64,000 nt of DNA from Bdellovibrionales bacterium. GTDB lineage: Bacteria; Bdellovibrionota; Bdellovibrionia; Bdellovibrionales; UBA1609. Position 1 is the first letter of the stretch. Each line of letters starts with the position of its first letter. This document shows positions 8,962 through 19,387 of this stretch, one piece after another. Location of the stretch: assembly GCA_965200875.1 (NCBI GenBank), contig OZ241456.1, forward strand, positions 1,568,001 to 1,632,000, given 5' to 3'. Under the pieces are notes generated by a model. It worked only from the letters and a program-made list of their open reading frames with translations, ran no database searches and had not been told where the DNA came from. A program made the position numbers and the translations under genes.

Positions 8962-11900
8962 CTATTTACTGTTTAAAATGTCTAGTAAAACTTTTTCCAT
9001 TTTCAAAAATCCGGATTTGTTTTTTATAGTGCCCTGAGCGAAGCGGGGCTTCCCTCCTCCTTTGCCATTTAAACGAGGTGCAAGGATGTTTTTTAAAAGA
9101 TCTCCGGCAGAGATATGTTGTCGTAATTCCTTGGACACAGTAACCACAATAGGATGCCCTTCTGCTTTTTCTCCAAGTGCTATTACCAAAGCCGGCCCGG
9201 AAAGTTTGGATTTTAACTGATCCGCTTTTTCCGCGAGAATTTTTCTGTCCTCTATGGGAAAGGTTGTCATCAATAGCTCGCCTTTTATGTTCTGGCCTTT
9301 AAAAACTTTCGCATTTTTCAGAACCTTTTCCGGGTTAAAGGAAGAAGAAAGGCTTTCAATTTGTGTTTTAAGCCGATCTATTTCCTCCTCTTTTTTTTTG
9401 GCAACTGAAATAAAAGGGTTTTCTTTTTCGCTAAGAGTTTCCAAAGCACTTTGTTCTTCCTTGTTTTTTTCTGCACCAGCTTTCAGTTTGGGAAGAGGAA
9501 GTTTTAAGTATTTTCTAAGCTCTTCGTTTTGCCTAGCCAGAAAAACACTCCCCGAAATGGAATTATGTTTATAATTTTTTCCTTTAGAGCTTTTAGAGGA
9601 ATCTTGCCCACTTTTTTTGGAACTGACTTTGGAAAAAAAGGATTGCTTAAGCTCTTTTTTTAATTTTTTGATTTCCGATTCTTTTTCCTCAAACCAATGA
9701 ATGAAGGGATTTTGAGATTTTGCAGATTCTGTTAAAGGGAGGTTTAAATATTCTCCAAGCTCTGTGTTTTGTTTTGCCAAAAGCTTAAACCACTTCTTTA
9801 AAACCTCGCTAGTCAGGGCTTGGATCCGGCGCACTCCTGACTGAACACCGGTTTCAGAAATAATTTTAAAATCACCAATTTCGGAGGTGTTTTTAACATG
9901 AATACCACCACAAAGCTCAAAGCTTTCTCCCATTCGGATGGTGCGCGCCTCTTTCGCGTAATTTTCCCCTGCAAGAGAAATCGCACCTTGGCTTATAGCC
10001 TGTTCATAGGAACAAACTTTATCCGTCACAGCCTCGCCGGCCTGAATATAACTTTTTACTTTGTTTTCTATTTCCTTTAGCTCTTCATGGCTTAAAGGTT
10101 TTGGGTGGCTGAAATCAAATCTTAATTTTCCAGGCTCCACCAAGGATCCCATCTGCCGAATGGAGTTTCCAAGTATGACTCTTAAGGATTGGTTTAAAAG
10201 GTGAGTGGCGGAATGACTTTTAGCAATAAGCCTTCGGTGATCCGTATCCACTTTCATTTTACAAAGTTGACCAAGCTCCAACTTTCCTTTTAGCACTTTT
10301 ACGGCGTGAAAAATCAAACTTCCCATTTTTTGAGCATCCAATACCTTGGCTACTCCCTCCTGCTTTTTTCCATTTTCATCGGTGTAATTCCACTCAAAAA
10401 AACCTTTATCTCCAAGGGGCCCTCCCCCTTCCGGGTAAAAACAGGTCTTATCTGTTGTCAGCCAGTTAAGCTCTCCAACATCAAGCTGAGAGAGAAAAAT
10501 TAACTCCAATTTTTCCGGATCATCAGACATTGTATCAGCCAGCGAAAACTCCTTGATTTGCGGAAGAAGCAAAACTTTTCCATCTTCTTCACTTTTTTCA
10601 TAGCCTGTAAACTCTGTGCTTTTTTTTTCAAAACATTGCAAAATATCACTTTCATGAATTTTTAAACAATTCCATTGTTCCAATAATGCAAACCTGGCTT
10701 TTGTTTCATCAGAAACAACTTTGTGAGTGGTAGTTTTTTTTAAGCGAGCAATATCTTTTAAACGGTGTCTCTGTTTTTTGGAAACTGTGGAAAATCTGTT
10801 TTTTAAGTCTTCCAGATTCAAGGGATTTACAGCAAATCCTTTTTCCCGGGCAATGAGACAGGTGAGATCCGGTGGGAAGCCATAAGTGTTGTAAAGATCC
10901 CACACCATATCCTCAGGAATTTTTTTATCAGAAAGCATCTTTATTTTTTTCAAAAAAACATTTTGTCCATCCTGCAAACTTTGATGAAATAAATTATTTT
11001 CAGCTTTTATAATAGACATAATAAAGTCCTCTTCTTTTTTTAAGCTCGGGTAAATGGGACTCATTTTGTCAATTACCGCCTGCGCACCAGCAGATAAAAG
11101 TTCTTTTTCTGAATGCAACTTATGGCTGTAAAAAAGAGCTCTTCTTAAAACACGTCTTAAAACATAATTTTCTCCCTCGCTTCCTGGTAAAACTCCATCC
11201 CCTATCAGGAAAGAAACGGCTCTGCTGTGGTCCGCTATTACCCGAAAGGCCACTTGCCTCTCTGCTTGTGTCCCCTGTTCCTCTTCTCCGGTAAAGTCAT
11301 ACTTAAGCCCCGATGTTTTTTCCAAAGCCATTATGATGTTTTTAAAAAGATCTGTGTGGTAATTGCTTTTTTGACCTTGTAAAACCGCGGAAAGTCTTTC
11401 CAAACCCATACCGGTATCCACACAAGGTGTGGGAAGCTTTTCCCGGATTTTCTTATTTCCTTTAAAAAACTCGTTAAACTCCATAAAAACTAGGTTCCAA
11501 ATTTCTGTCATATCTTCAGGGTTTGGTTCTTTTTTTGGTCCTTCATAATAATAAATTTCCGAGCAGGGACCTGAAGGACCTGTATCCCCCATGCGCCAGA
11601 AATTATCTTTTTCCCCTAAAAGAAATAATTTCTCTGTGGAAAAACCCTGATCTTTTTTCCATATTTCAAAGCTTTCCCGGTCTTCCTGAAAAACACTTGC
11701 CCAAAGCCGGTCTCTGGAAAGCCCAAGCTCTTCTGTGAGAAAGTAAAGGGCGTGGTCTATCGCCTTTTTTTTAAAATAAGAACCAAAGGAAAAGTTTCCC
11801 ATCATTTCAAAAAAAGTATGATGAAAAGGAGAGTAACCAACCTCTTCCAGATCATTGTGTTTTCCTCCGGCACGCATACATTTTTGGATACTGCATATCT

Positions 11901-12075
11901 GAGGGTGAGGGGGTTTTTTAAGGCTTAAAAAAAAATCTTTAAACGGGTTCATCCCTGCGTTGGTGAATAACAGGGAGGAATTTCCCTCAGGGATAAGAGT
12001 GGAGCTTTTAACCCAGAGGTGATCCTGATCCGTGAAATAGTTTTTAAACTTTTCTCTTAAGATCTGGCTTTTCAT
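8962..12075 (-). CDS. alaS: Alanine--tRNA ligase, unusually long (1037 aa)
   Basis: LLFTNAGM, HHTFFEMMGNFSFG, DTGMGLER, editing motifs HSATH and ELCGGIHV, C-Ala GKGGGKPRFAQG. Confidence 0.96.
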   Translation of the reverse strand: MKSQILREKFKNYFTDQDHLWVKSSTLIPEGNSSLLFTNAGMNPFKDFFLSLKKPPHPQICSIQKCMRAGGKHNDLEEVGYSPFHHTFFEMMGNFSFGSYFKKKAIDHALYFLTEELGLSRDRLWASVFQEDRESFEIWKKDQGFSTEKLFLLGEKDNFWRMGDTGPSGPCSEIYYYEGPKKEPNPEDMTEIWNLVFMEFNEFFKGNKKIREKLPTPCVDTGMGLERLSAVLQGQKSNYHTDLFKNIIMALEKTSGLKYDFTGEEEQGTQAERQVAFRVIADHSRAVSFLIGDGVLPGSEGENYVLRRVLRRALFYSHKLHSEKELLSAGAQAVIDKMSPIYPSLKKEEDFIMSIIKAENNLFHQSLQDGQNVFLKKIKMLSDKKIPEDMVWDLYNTYGFPPDLTCLIAREKGFAVNPLNLEDLKNRFSTVSKKQRHRLKDIARLKKTTTHKVVSDETKARFALLEQWNCLKIHESDILQCFEKKSTEFTGYEKSEEDGKVLLLPQIKEFSLADTMSDDPEKLELIFLSQLDVGELNWLTTDKTCFYPEGGGPLGDKGFFEWNYTDENGKKQEGVAKVLDAQKMGSLIFHAVKVLKGKLELGQLCKMKVDTDHRRLIAKSHSATHLLNQSLRVILGNSIRQMGSLVEPGKLRFDFSHPKPLSHEELKEIENKVKSYIQAGEAVTDKVCSYEQAISQGAISLAGENYAKEARTIRMGESFELCGGIHVKNTSEIGDFKIISETGVQSGVRRIQALTSEVLKKWFKLLAKQNTELGEYLNLPLTESAKSQNPFIHWFEEKESEIKKLKKELKQSFFSKVSSKKSGQDSSKSSKGKNYKHNSISGSVFLARQNEELRKYLKLPLPKLKAGAEKNKEEQSALETLSEKENPFISVAKKKEEEIDRLKTQIESLSSSFNPEKVLKNAKVFKGQNIKGELLMTTFPIEDRKILAEKADQLKSKLSGPALVIALGEKAEGHPIVVTVSKELRQHISAGDLLKNILAPRLNGKGGGKPRFAQGTIKNKSGFLKMEKVLLDILNSK

Positions 12076-12080
12076 GTTTT

Positions 12081-12533
12081 TCAGGGCCTTTCCTTTTCGG
12101 AAAAATGTTCATGTATCACTTTTTTTGCTGTAGCCCCTTCAAAGCCTCTATAGATCAGGAAATGATACATTTTTTTTATGGTATCTTGTGAGGGGTCTTC
12201 CGCAGGGTTCAGTTTTTTGGCGAGCCACCAGCGACACTTTTCTTCTTCTAAATCCTCTTGTTTTGAAATCAGCGGAAGCTTTTTCTTTTTCAAAGCCGAT
12301 TGAATAAAAAGCCAGCCCTTCTTTTTTTTATGCAGTTGCCCAGCTAAACGGCCAGCCAGCTCTTCCGGATTTATGAGCCATTTTTTTTCCCTAGCAAGTT
12401 TAAGGGCTTTTTCCACCGATACCTCATCAAATTTTTTCAATTTTAACTTCAATTCATATTCTGAGTGGGCACGATAACTCAGATAGGTTTTGATTTTTTC
12501 CAATAAAATTTTTTCCGATGTTTTGTTTTCCAT
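12081..12533 (-). CDS. recX: Regulatory protein RecX
   Basis: YLSYRAHSEYELKLKL N-terminus, FLIYRGF C-terminus, directly upstream of alaS. Confidence 0.8.
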   Translation of the reverse strand: MENKTSEKILLEKIKTYLSYRAHSEYELKLKLKKFDEVSVEKALKLAREKKWLINPEELAGRLAGQLHKKKKGWLFIQSALKKKKLPLISKQEDLEEEKCRWWLAKKLNPAEDPSQDTIKKMYHFLIYRGFEGATAKKVIHEHFSEKERP

Positions 12534-12587
12534 TATTATTTTCGCTTGTCTTGACTCTACTATGCTTGCTTCTATTCCAGATGGTTT

Positions 12588-13742
12588 TTATTTTTTTAAT
12601 TTTAAGAACGGTTTTGTAGAACTTTCGGCGTTTTCAGTAAATCTATCATAATCTTTTTCCAAAGAGATACCCGCTGTAGCCATTTTTATTTTTTCCGAGG
12701 AAGAGGAAAAACGATGGCCTGCTCTTTCGGTAATTAAACCATCTTTTAACATTTTGATTAAATGCTGGTCAAATGTCTGCATACCCCAGTGACTTTGACT
12801 TTGCTCCATAATTGTTCTTATTTTCCCTGCCGAAGCATTTTGTTCGATTTCTTTTTGTACTCTAAGGTTATTGATTAATATCTCAACAGCGGGGATATAT
12901 CCTGATTTGTCCTTTTTGGGAATCAATCTTTGGGAAAACACCGCTTTTAATGTGGAACTTAACATTAATTTTATGCTGGTTTGTTCTTGAGCAGAAAACA
13001 CACTTAAAATTCGAGGTACCACTTCCGCAGCTTCCGAAGTGTGAATAGTGGAAAATACTAAGTGTCCTGTTTCCGCCGCATTCAAAGCCGTGGAAATGGT
13101 ATCCTTGGCTCGAAGTTCAGAAAATAAAATAATATCAGGATCTTGTCTTAAAGCAGCTTTTAAAGCCAAATTGGGATCATAACAATCCACTCCCATTTCT
13201 CTTTGAGTGATAAGACTGTGATAGTCCTGAATAAGAAATTCAATCGGGTCTTCAATAGTAATAATATGCTTATTTTTGGTTCTGTTGATATGATTGATAA
13301 TAACTGCCAGAGTTGTTGATTTTCCAACCCCGGTGGCACCGGCAATCAGGATTAAACCTCTTTCTGTCTTGCTTGAGATGTTTAATATTTCTTTTGGAAG
13401 ATTCAGTTCTTCAAGAGAAGGGATTTGATGAGGGATATGCCGTATAACTACTCTAAGGCTCCCTCTCTGAAAAAAAATGTTAAAACGGAATCTCCCTACC
13501 CCCTTTAAACCGTAACCTATATCCACAGAACCATTAGTTCTTAATTTTTCCTGATGTGTGTCATTCAAGATCGGCAAAATAAGTTGTTCTATGCCTTGGT
13601 AACTGACTGTGGAAAACTCGGAGCTTAAAGTGGATAATTTGCGCTCTTTTCTCATAATGGGAGGAGCTCCCACTTTTAAATGCAAGTCGCTGGCTTTTCT
13701 TTTGGTAAGCTCTACAAGTAACTGATTGATGTTTAATTCCAT
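12588..13742 (-). CDS. pilT: PilT/PilU-family type IV pilus retraction ATPase
   Basis: ASDLHL, RFRFNIFFQRG, GATGVGKST, TIEDPIE, ALRQDPD, AAETGHLVFSTIH, GMQTFD. Confidence 0.88.
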   Translation of the reverse strand: MELNINQLLVELTKRKASDLHLKVGAPPIMRKERKLSTLSSEFSTVSYQGIEQLILPILNDTHQEKLRTNGSVDIGYGLKGVGRFRFNIFFQRGSLRVVIRHIPHQIPSLEELNLPKEILNISSKTERGLILIAGATGVGKSTTLAVIINHINRTKNKHIITIEDPIEFLIQDYHSLITQREMGVDCYDPNLALKAALRQDPDIILFSELRAKDTISTALNAAETGHLVFSTIHTSEAAEVVPRILSVFSAQEQTSIKLMLSSTLKAVFSQRLIPKKDKSGYIPAVEILINNLRVQKEIEQNASAGKIRTIMEQSQSHWGMQTFDQHLIKMLKDGLITERAGHRFSSSSEKIKMATAGISLEKDYDRFTENAESSTKPFLKLKK

Positions 13743-13781
13743 TTTTCTCTCTTTGTTTTTTCTTTTTCACACCCGTCTAGT

Positions 13782-13892
13782 TAGTCCGCCGTGAAAAACC
13801 CATAGTGCTTTAATTATCACACTCTTTTTTCAGGTACTTTCCCAAGGAAAACGGGAATCCAGGAAAATCACATACTTTTTCACGGACCACTA
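13782..13892. mobile_element. Repeat family A copy lacking the 36-bp inner module
   Basis: TIRs tagtccgccgtgaaaaa / tttttcacggaccacta; matches 28687-28833 except for a 36-bp deletion. Confidence 0.85.
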
Positions 13893-13910
13893 GTTAGTGA
13901 ATCGGTGTAT

Positions 13911-13941
13911 TTGACTTATAAGTTTAAGATATCTTAAACTT
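13911..13941 (+). promoter_or_regulatory. Sigma70-like promoter overlapped by a perfect 22-bp palindrome
   Basis: TTGACT-N18-TAAACT; AAGTTTAAGATATCTTAAACTT at 13920-13941. Confidence 0.55.
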
Positions 13942-14101
13942 CCTGATTTGATTGCTAAGATTGTTCGGGGTTTCATCCTTCAGGGTTTGGTTGAAAAGCT
14001 AGGGGAGGCTGAAAAATACCATAGAACCAAGACTTTTTGTTGTGATATATTTGTCAGTTTACGAGTAGTTTTATAGAATTTCAGGAGGTTTTTGTAAAGA
14101 A

Positions 14102-14632
14102 ATGTCTTCCCAGTCAGAGTCTTCTTTTGAGGAATTGAGACAAAGAGCCTCTAATATACATTCTGTTCTCATGGATCGAAAACAAACCCTAGCTTTAGCT
14201 GAAAGCTTAACAGGGGGTCTGCTTTCTTATGTTTTGACAATAAAACCAAATGCCAGCCGGTTTTTTTTAGGTTCTATAGTTAGTTATTCTTATTTTGCCA
14301 AAACAAAGTTCCTAAATTTGCCCGAGGAATTATTGACCCAAAAGGGAGCTGTAAATGAATCTGCTTGCCAGCTGATGACACAAAGTGTTAAGAAAAACTG
14401 GAAAAGTGACTGGGCTTTGGCTGTCACAGGAGTGGCTGGTCCGGGAAAAATGGAGCATGATCCGGCTATAGGAGTGGGTTTTGTGGGGGTTTTAGGGCCT
14501 GACTTTGCAAAAGTGAAACAGTTTTTGCTCAAAAAAGAGACAGAGGAAAAAAAACGTCAGGACATACAGCATCAATCTGCTATTTTTGCATTGGATTTTT
14601 TGCAATCTTGTATAAAAATGGGCAAACAATAA
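14102..14632 (+). CDS. cinA: CinA C-terminal domain protein (PncC-like NMN deamidase)
   Basis: LALAESLTGG, YSYFAK, GAVNE, AVTGVAGPG; upstream of recA; RBS AGGAGG. Confidence 0.85.
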   Translation: MSSQSESSFEELRQRASNIHSVLMDRKQTLALAESLTGGLLSYVLTIKPNASRFFLGSIVSYSYFAKTKFLNLPEELLTQKGAVNESACQLMTQSVKKNWKSDWALAVTGVAGPGKMEHDPAIGVGFVGVLGPDFAKVKQFLLKKETEEKKRQDIQHQSAIFALDFLQSCIKMGKQ

Positions 14633-14663
14633 ATAGAGCAACAAAAAATAGGAGGAAAAAGTT

Positions 14664-15758
14664 ATGAATGAAAAACAAAAAGCACTGGACTTGGCTATTA
14701 CAGCCATTGAGAAACAATTTGGAAAAGGTTCCATTATGAAGTTGGGTGGAGGCCAGTCCATTTACGATAATGTGCCGGTTTATAGCACCGGATCGCTGGG
14801 CTTGGATATTGCTCTGGGTATTGGAGGACTTCCAAGAGGAAGAGTGGTGGAAATTTTTGGGCCGGAAAGCTCCGGGAAAACCACTTTGGCACTCACTACT
14901 GCCGCTCAGGCACAAAAAGCCGGTGGCACAGTGGCTTTTGTGGATGCTGAACACGCCTTGGATACCAATTACGCGGGAAAGCTTGGAGTGAATGTGCCAG
15001 ATATGTTGATCTCTCAACCCGATGCGGGAGAGCAGGCCCTAGAAATAACGGAAACCCTAGTTCGCTCAGGAGCGATTGATGTTTTGATTGTGGATTCGGT
15101 TGCGGCTCTTACTCCCAAAGCGGAGATAGAGGGAGATATGGGGGATTCCCACATGGGCCTTCAGGCGCGCCTTATGTCTCAAGCTCTTCGAAAACTCACC
15201 GCGGCTATTAACCGAAGCGGAACTTTGGTGATTTTCATCAATCAAATCAGAATGAAAATAGGTGTGATGTTTGGAAATCCTGAAACCACCACTGGAGGAA
15301 ATGCCCTAAAATTTTACTCTTCGGTTCGTTTGGATGTGAGAAGAGTGGCGGCTTTGAAAAAAGGGGATCAGGTGATAGGAAACAAAACCGTAGTGAAAGT
15401 GGTGAAAAACAAAATGGCACCTCCTTTTCAACGCGCGGAATTTGACTTAATGTACGGAACAGGAATTTCCCAATCTGCTGAGTTGCTGGACTTGGCCTGC
15501 AAGAAGGAGATCGTGCAGAAGTCAGGAGCTTGGTATAGCTTTGAAGGAAATAAAATTGGACAGGGAAGAGATATGGCCAGGATCTTCCTAGATGAAAATC
15601 TCCCAACCAGAAATAAAATCCAACAGGCGGTTTTCAAGGCTTACAGTGTAAAAATAAATACCTCTCAAAGTGAGCCTTCCAAAGGAAACACACAGGGTAA
15701 AGGATCTATGTCGGCAGGTACAGGTAGAAAATCACCAAATGGGAAAACTCCTGCTTAG
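14664..15758 (+). CDS. recA: Recombinase A
   Basis: [45 protein letters not shown]. Confidence 0.99.
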   Translation: MNEKQKALDLAITAIEKQFGKGSIMKLGGGQSIYDNVPVYSTGSLGLDIALGIGGLPRGRVVEIFGPESSGKTTLALTTAAQAQKAGGTVAFVDAEHALDTNYAGKLGVNVPDMLISQPDAGEQALEITETLVRSGAIDVLIVDSVAALTPKAEIEGDMGDSHMGLQARLMSQALRKLTAAINRSGTLVIFINQIRMKIGVMFGNPETTTGGNALKFYSSVRLDVRRVAALKKGDQVIGNKTVVKVVKNKMAPPFQRAEFDLMYGTGISQSAELLDLACKKEIVQKSGAWYSFEGNKIGQGRDMARIFLDENLPTRNKIQQAVFKAYSVKINTSQSEPSKGNTQGKGSMSAGTGRKSPNGKTPA

Positions 15759-15832
15759 TAGCCTGTGAAAAAGGTGTTTTATACAACTAAAAGCCAAGTT
15801 GTTGGCTTTTAGTCCCGTGAAAACGGAAATCT
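15756..15832. repeat. Partial family A copy between the convergent recA and tadA
   Basis: tagtagcctgtgaaaaagg ... actaaaagccaagttgttggcttttagtcccgtgaaaacgg; overlaps both stop codons. Confidence 0.8.
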
Positions 15833-16285
15833 TTTTTTTCGAAAAAAGCTCTTTAAAAGCTTTGAGCTTTCTTTGGCTAAAATTCCCTGATGAATCTCCA
15901 CACGATGGTTGAGCCTTGAGTCCTCGGTGATTTGATACAGGGAATGAACAGCTCCAGCTTTGGAATCTTTACAGGCATATACCAGTCGTTTCAGACGGGT
16001 GGCCACAATGGCACCGGCACACATGGGGCAAGGTTCTAAAGTGACATAAAGAGTGCAATCATTCAGTCGCCAAGTGTTTAGTTTAAGGGAAGCTTGTTCT
16101 ATCGCGAAAATCTCTGCGTGAGCAGTGGCTTTTTGAGATAATTCTTTTTGATTAAAAGCCTCAGCAATTATCTCATTTTCCCGAACAATCAAAGCCCCTA
16201 CTGGCACTTCTCCTATTGTTCCTGCTTTTTCTGCAAGCTTAAAGGCTTTTTTCATAAAAAACAGATCTTCACATTTATCTTTCAA
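15809..16285 (-). CDS. tadA: tRNA adenosine(34) deaminase
   Basis: GEVPVGA, HAE, TLEPCPMCAGA; probable TTG start at 16285 after AGGAG (the ORF extends to 16354). Confidence 0.92.
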   Translation of the reverse strand: MKDKCEDLFFMKKAFKLAEKAGTIGEVPVGALIVRENEIIAEAFNQKELSQKATAHAEIFAIEQASLKLNTWRLNDCTLYVTLEPCPMCAGAIVATRLKRLVYACKDSKAGAVHSLYQITEDSRLNHRVEIHQGILAKESSKLLKSFFRKKRFPFSRD

Positions 16286-16534
16286 AATAAAACAGCTCCT
16301 AAGTTTTGTTTTAAGACTCTCTGACTTATGGGTGCAAAATAAAGCTGTTCCCAACTTAATGACAGATATAAGACTTTAGTATCCATAAATACCTTGGAAA
16401 ATATCAGAAATCTTTGACTTTTTAAAGCTTTTTTGGCAATTTTCCTACTTGTTTATTTCTTTAGCGTTGGAAAAGAGTAGAGAAGCTACACCTTTTATTG
16501 AAGAAGCAAAAACTTTAAGGGTGAAAGAAACAAG

Positions 16535-18031
16535 ATGAAAAAAAATATTGATATTCCAAAAAATAATGTTACGCGAGTGCGCTTTGCTCCAAGCCCCACC
16601 GGCTGGTTGCATCTGGGAGGTGCACGCACAGCTTTGATAAACTATCTTTTTGCAAAAAATCAAAAAGGCACTTTTGTTTTACGGGTAGAGGATACAGATC
16701 TGGAAAGAGGAAAAGACACTTTCCTGAGGCAACAATTAAATAATTTAAAGTGGCTGGGTTTGGATTGGGATGAAGGCCCTCACCAGGAAACTTTGAAAGA
16801 CCAAGGAGCTTATGGACCTTATCGTCAGAGCCAAAGACTGCCTCTTTATCAGAAATACTCCAGGGAACTGGTGCAATCCGGTAAAGCGTATTATTGTTTT
16901 TTAACAGACAAAGAGGTTCAGAAAATCAAACAATCTGCTCTGAAAAAAAATGAGCCTGCCCGGGTAAAAAGTCCCTATAGGGATAACAGTTTGGAACAAG
17001 CAAAAGAGAGGATTGCAAAAGGAGAATCAGCGGTTATTCGGTTTAAAGTTTCTGAAGTGAAGAAAACTTATGTGCTGACTGATATTGTGAGAGGAGAAGT
17101 GTCTTTTCCTTCGGATATGGTAGGAGATTTTGTGCTGATGAGATCTTCCGGTTTGCCGGTGTATAACTTCGCCTGTGCAGTGGATGACTATTCCATGAAA
17201 ATATCACATATCTTTCGTTCGGAAGAGCATTTGGCCAATACCCTTCGGCAATTAATGATTTTTGAGGCTTTCGACTGGCAGGTTCCGCTCTATGGGCATT
17301 TGTCTTTGATTTTGGGAGAAGATCGTAAAAAGCTCAGCAAACGTCATGGTGCTGTAAGCCTTGAAGAATATAAAAAAGGAGGATACTTAACTTCCGCTCT
17401 TTGTAACTTTCTGGTTCTTATGGGCTGGAATCCCAAGACAGAACAGGAAATTTTTTCTCTTCCTGAATTAATAAAATGTTTTTCTTTAAAAGGTTTAAAT
17501 TCCTCTCCAGGAGCTTTTGATGTCAAAAAACTGGATTGGATCAACAATCAACACCTGAAAAACAAAACGGATGAACAATTATGGGAAAAATTACAACCTT
17601 TTTTTACAGAGGAAAACTTACAGTTTCCTGCGTCTTCTGAGTGGAGAAAAAAAGCGATTCAATCTTTAAGAGATTCTTTTACTTCATTGCCAGAGGCCGT
17701 GGAAATTTTTCGATTTTTGTCAAAAAGTCATTTTAAAGTGGATGAAAGAGCAAAAGAGGTTTTGTGTTGGCCTTCCACTTCTTTGGTGTTAAAAGAGTGG
17801 CAATCTTTTTTGGAGTCCTTTACTGATAAGGAAATAAGTCGAGAGACTTTTTCTGAAATTTGTAAAAATATTCAAAAGAAAACTCAGGTAAAAGGAAAGT
17901 TTTTATTTATGCCAATCAGGACAGCGGTTTTAGGCAAACCTCAGGGAGTGGAGTTAAAAACCATTATCCCCTTAATTAGCTGTGACATTTTGCTTAAGAG
18001 GGTTATTGCGTTGAGAGAAAGTCAGATCTAA
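16535..18031 (+). CDS. gltX: Glutamate--tRNA ligase
   Basis: RFAPSPTGWLHLGGAR, LRVEDTD, KLSKR. Confidence 0.96.
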   Translation: MKKNIDIPKNNVTRVRFAPSPTGWLHLGGARTALINYLFAKNQKGTFVLRVEDTDLERGKDTFLRQQLNNLKWLGLDWDEGPHQETLKDQGAYGPYRQSQRLPLYQKYSRELVQSGKAYYCFLTDKEVQKIKQSALKKNEPARVKSPYRDNSLEQAKERIAKGESAVIRFKVSEVKKTYVLTDIVRGEVSFPSDMVGDFVLMRSSGLPVYNFACAVDDYSMKISHIFRSEEHLANTLRQLMIFEAFDWQVPLYGHLSLILGEDRKKLSKRHGAVSLEEYKKGGYLTSALCNFLVLMGWNPKTEQEIFSLPELIKCFSLKGLNSSPGAFDVKKLDWINNQHLKNKTDEQLWEKLQPFFTEENLQFPASSEWRKKAIQSLRDSFTSLPEAVEIFRFLSKSHFKVDERAKEVLCWPSTSLVLKEWQSFLESFTDKEISRETFSEICKNIQKKTQVKGKFLFMPIRTAVLGKPQGVELKTIIPLISCDILLKRVIALRESQI

Positions 18032-18085
18032 CTTTTGTATTTTTGCATTTCATTATGGAGTAAAACTTGGATTAAAGAGGTGCTT

Positions 18086-19045
18086 ATGAAATCTTTTTTG
18101 CCTTTATTAACAGATGTGTTACAGGTCACCCATTCTGGGGCTTTAGCCTGCTTTGATCACATTGGTTCTGGAAACCGTAACTTGGCTGACAAAGTTGCTG
18201 TAAACGCCATGAGACAGGCTTTTCAAAATGTTCCCATTAAAGGAAAAGTGGTGATTGGAGAAGGAGAAAGAGATTCAGCACCTATGCTTTATATTGGAGA
18301 AAAGGTTGGTATGTGGGAAACACATCAAAGAGAGTGGGATATTGCTGTAGATCCCCTAGAGGGCACTAATCTTTGCGCCAAGGCCATTGGAGGAGCTATA
18401 TCTGTTTTGGCACTTTCTGAAAAAGGCAGTTTGTTTAACGCACCTGATGTGTATATGGAAAAAATAGCTTGCGGACCATCCGCCAAAGGAGCTATTTCTT
18501 TGAATCAAAGTGTGGAAGACAATTTGAAATCCGTCAGCAAGGCTTTGGATAAAAATATTTCCAATGTGACTGTGGCTGTTCTGGATCGCCCTCGTCACAA
18601 AAAATTAATTCAATCCATTTACGCTTTAGGTGCACGAGTACATTTAATAGAAGATGGAGATTTGTCGGCTTCCATTTTAACAGCTTGGAAAGAGCAAAGA
18701 GATGATGTATCAGTGGACTTAATAATGGGAACAGGTGGCTCTCCTGAGGGAGTTCTTTCGGCCAGTGCTCTTAAGTGTTTGGGTGGAGATTTTCAGGGTC
18801 GACTGGTTTTTCAAAATAAAGAGGAGAAAAAACGAGCAATGGAAATGGGTGTCACAAAACCTGATAAAATATATAAAATGGATGAACTTGTAAAAACTCA
18901 TGTTGTATTTTGTGCTACAGGGGTGACCAATGGCCCTTTATTAAAAGGGGTGACAAAAAAACAAGGAAGAATGGAAACAGAAAGTCTTTACATGAGTTCT
19001 TCCACAAAAGAATGTGTTAAAATTCGTGTCTCCAAACAAATATAA
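18086..19045 (+). CDS. glpX: Class II fructose-1,6-bisphosphatase
   Basis: VVIGEGERDSAPML, DIAVDPLEGT, APDVYMEK, LDRPRH; ATG 18086 after GAGG. Confidence 0.93.
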   Translation: MKSFLPLLTDVLQVTHSGALACFDHIGSGNRNLADKVAVNAMRQAFQNVPIKGKVVIGEGERDSAPMLYIGEKVGMWETHQREWDIAVDPLEGTNLCAKAIGGAISVLALSEKGSLFNAPDVYMEKIACGPSAKGAISLNQSVEDNLKSVSKALDKNISNVTVAVLDRPRHKKLIQSIYALGARVHLIEDGDLSASILTAWKEQRDDVSVDLIMGTGGSPEGVLSASALKCLGGDFQGRLVFQNKEEKKRAMEMGVTKPDKIYKMDELVKTHVVFCATGVTNGPLLKGVTKKQGRMETESLYMSSSTKECVKIRVSKQI

Positions 19046-19057
19046 AGGAAGCAAAAA

Positions 19058-19387
19058 ATGAAAACAGTACATTGTTATCATTGTGGCAAGCAAGTGAAAC
19101 TGGAATATAAAATCAGTTTTCGGGAAGAGTGTTTGCACTGCAAAGCAGACTTGCATATTTGTCGTAACTGCCGATTTTACGATAAGTTGGCTTATAATGA
19201 ATGTAAAGAATCTTCTGCCGAAAAAATCCAGGATAAAGAAAAAAACAATTACTGTGAATATTTTGATCCCTCTTCAGAAAATCAGGGAAAACCTCAGCTT
19301 TTGGAAAGAGAAAAACTGTTACAATCAGCGGAAGCCTTGTTTAAAAAAGACTTTCAATCAGGCGATACGAAAAATGACAAACTTTAA
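19058..19387 (+). CDS. Small Cys-rich, probably Zn-binding conserved hypothetical protein
   Basis: CYHC, CLHC, HICRNCRFYD, NECKE, NYCEYF. Confidence 0.8.
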   Translation: MKTVHCYHCGKQVKLEYKISFREECLHCKADLHICRNCRFYDKLAYNECKESSAEKIQDKEKNNYCEYFDPSSENQGKPQLLEREKLLQSAEALFKKDFQSGDTKNDKL

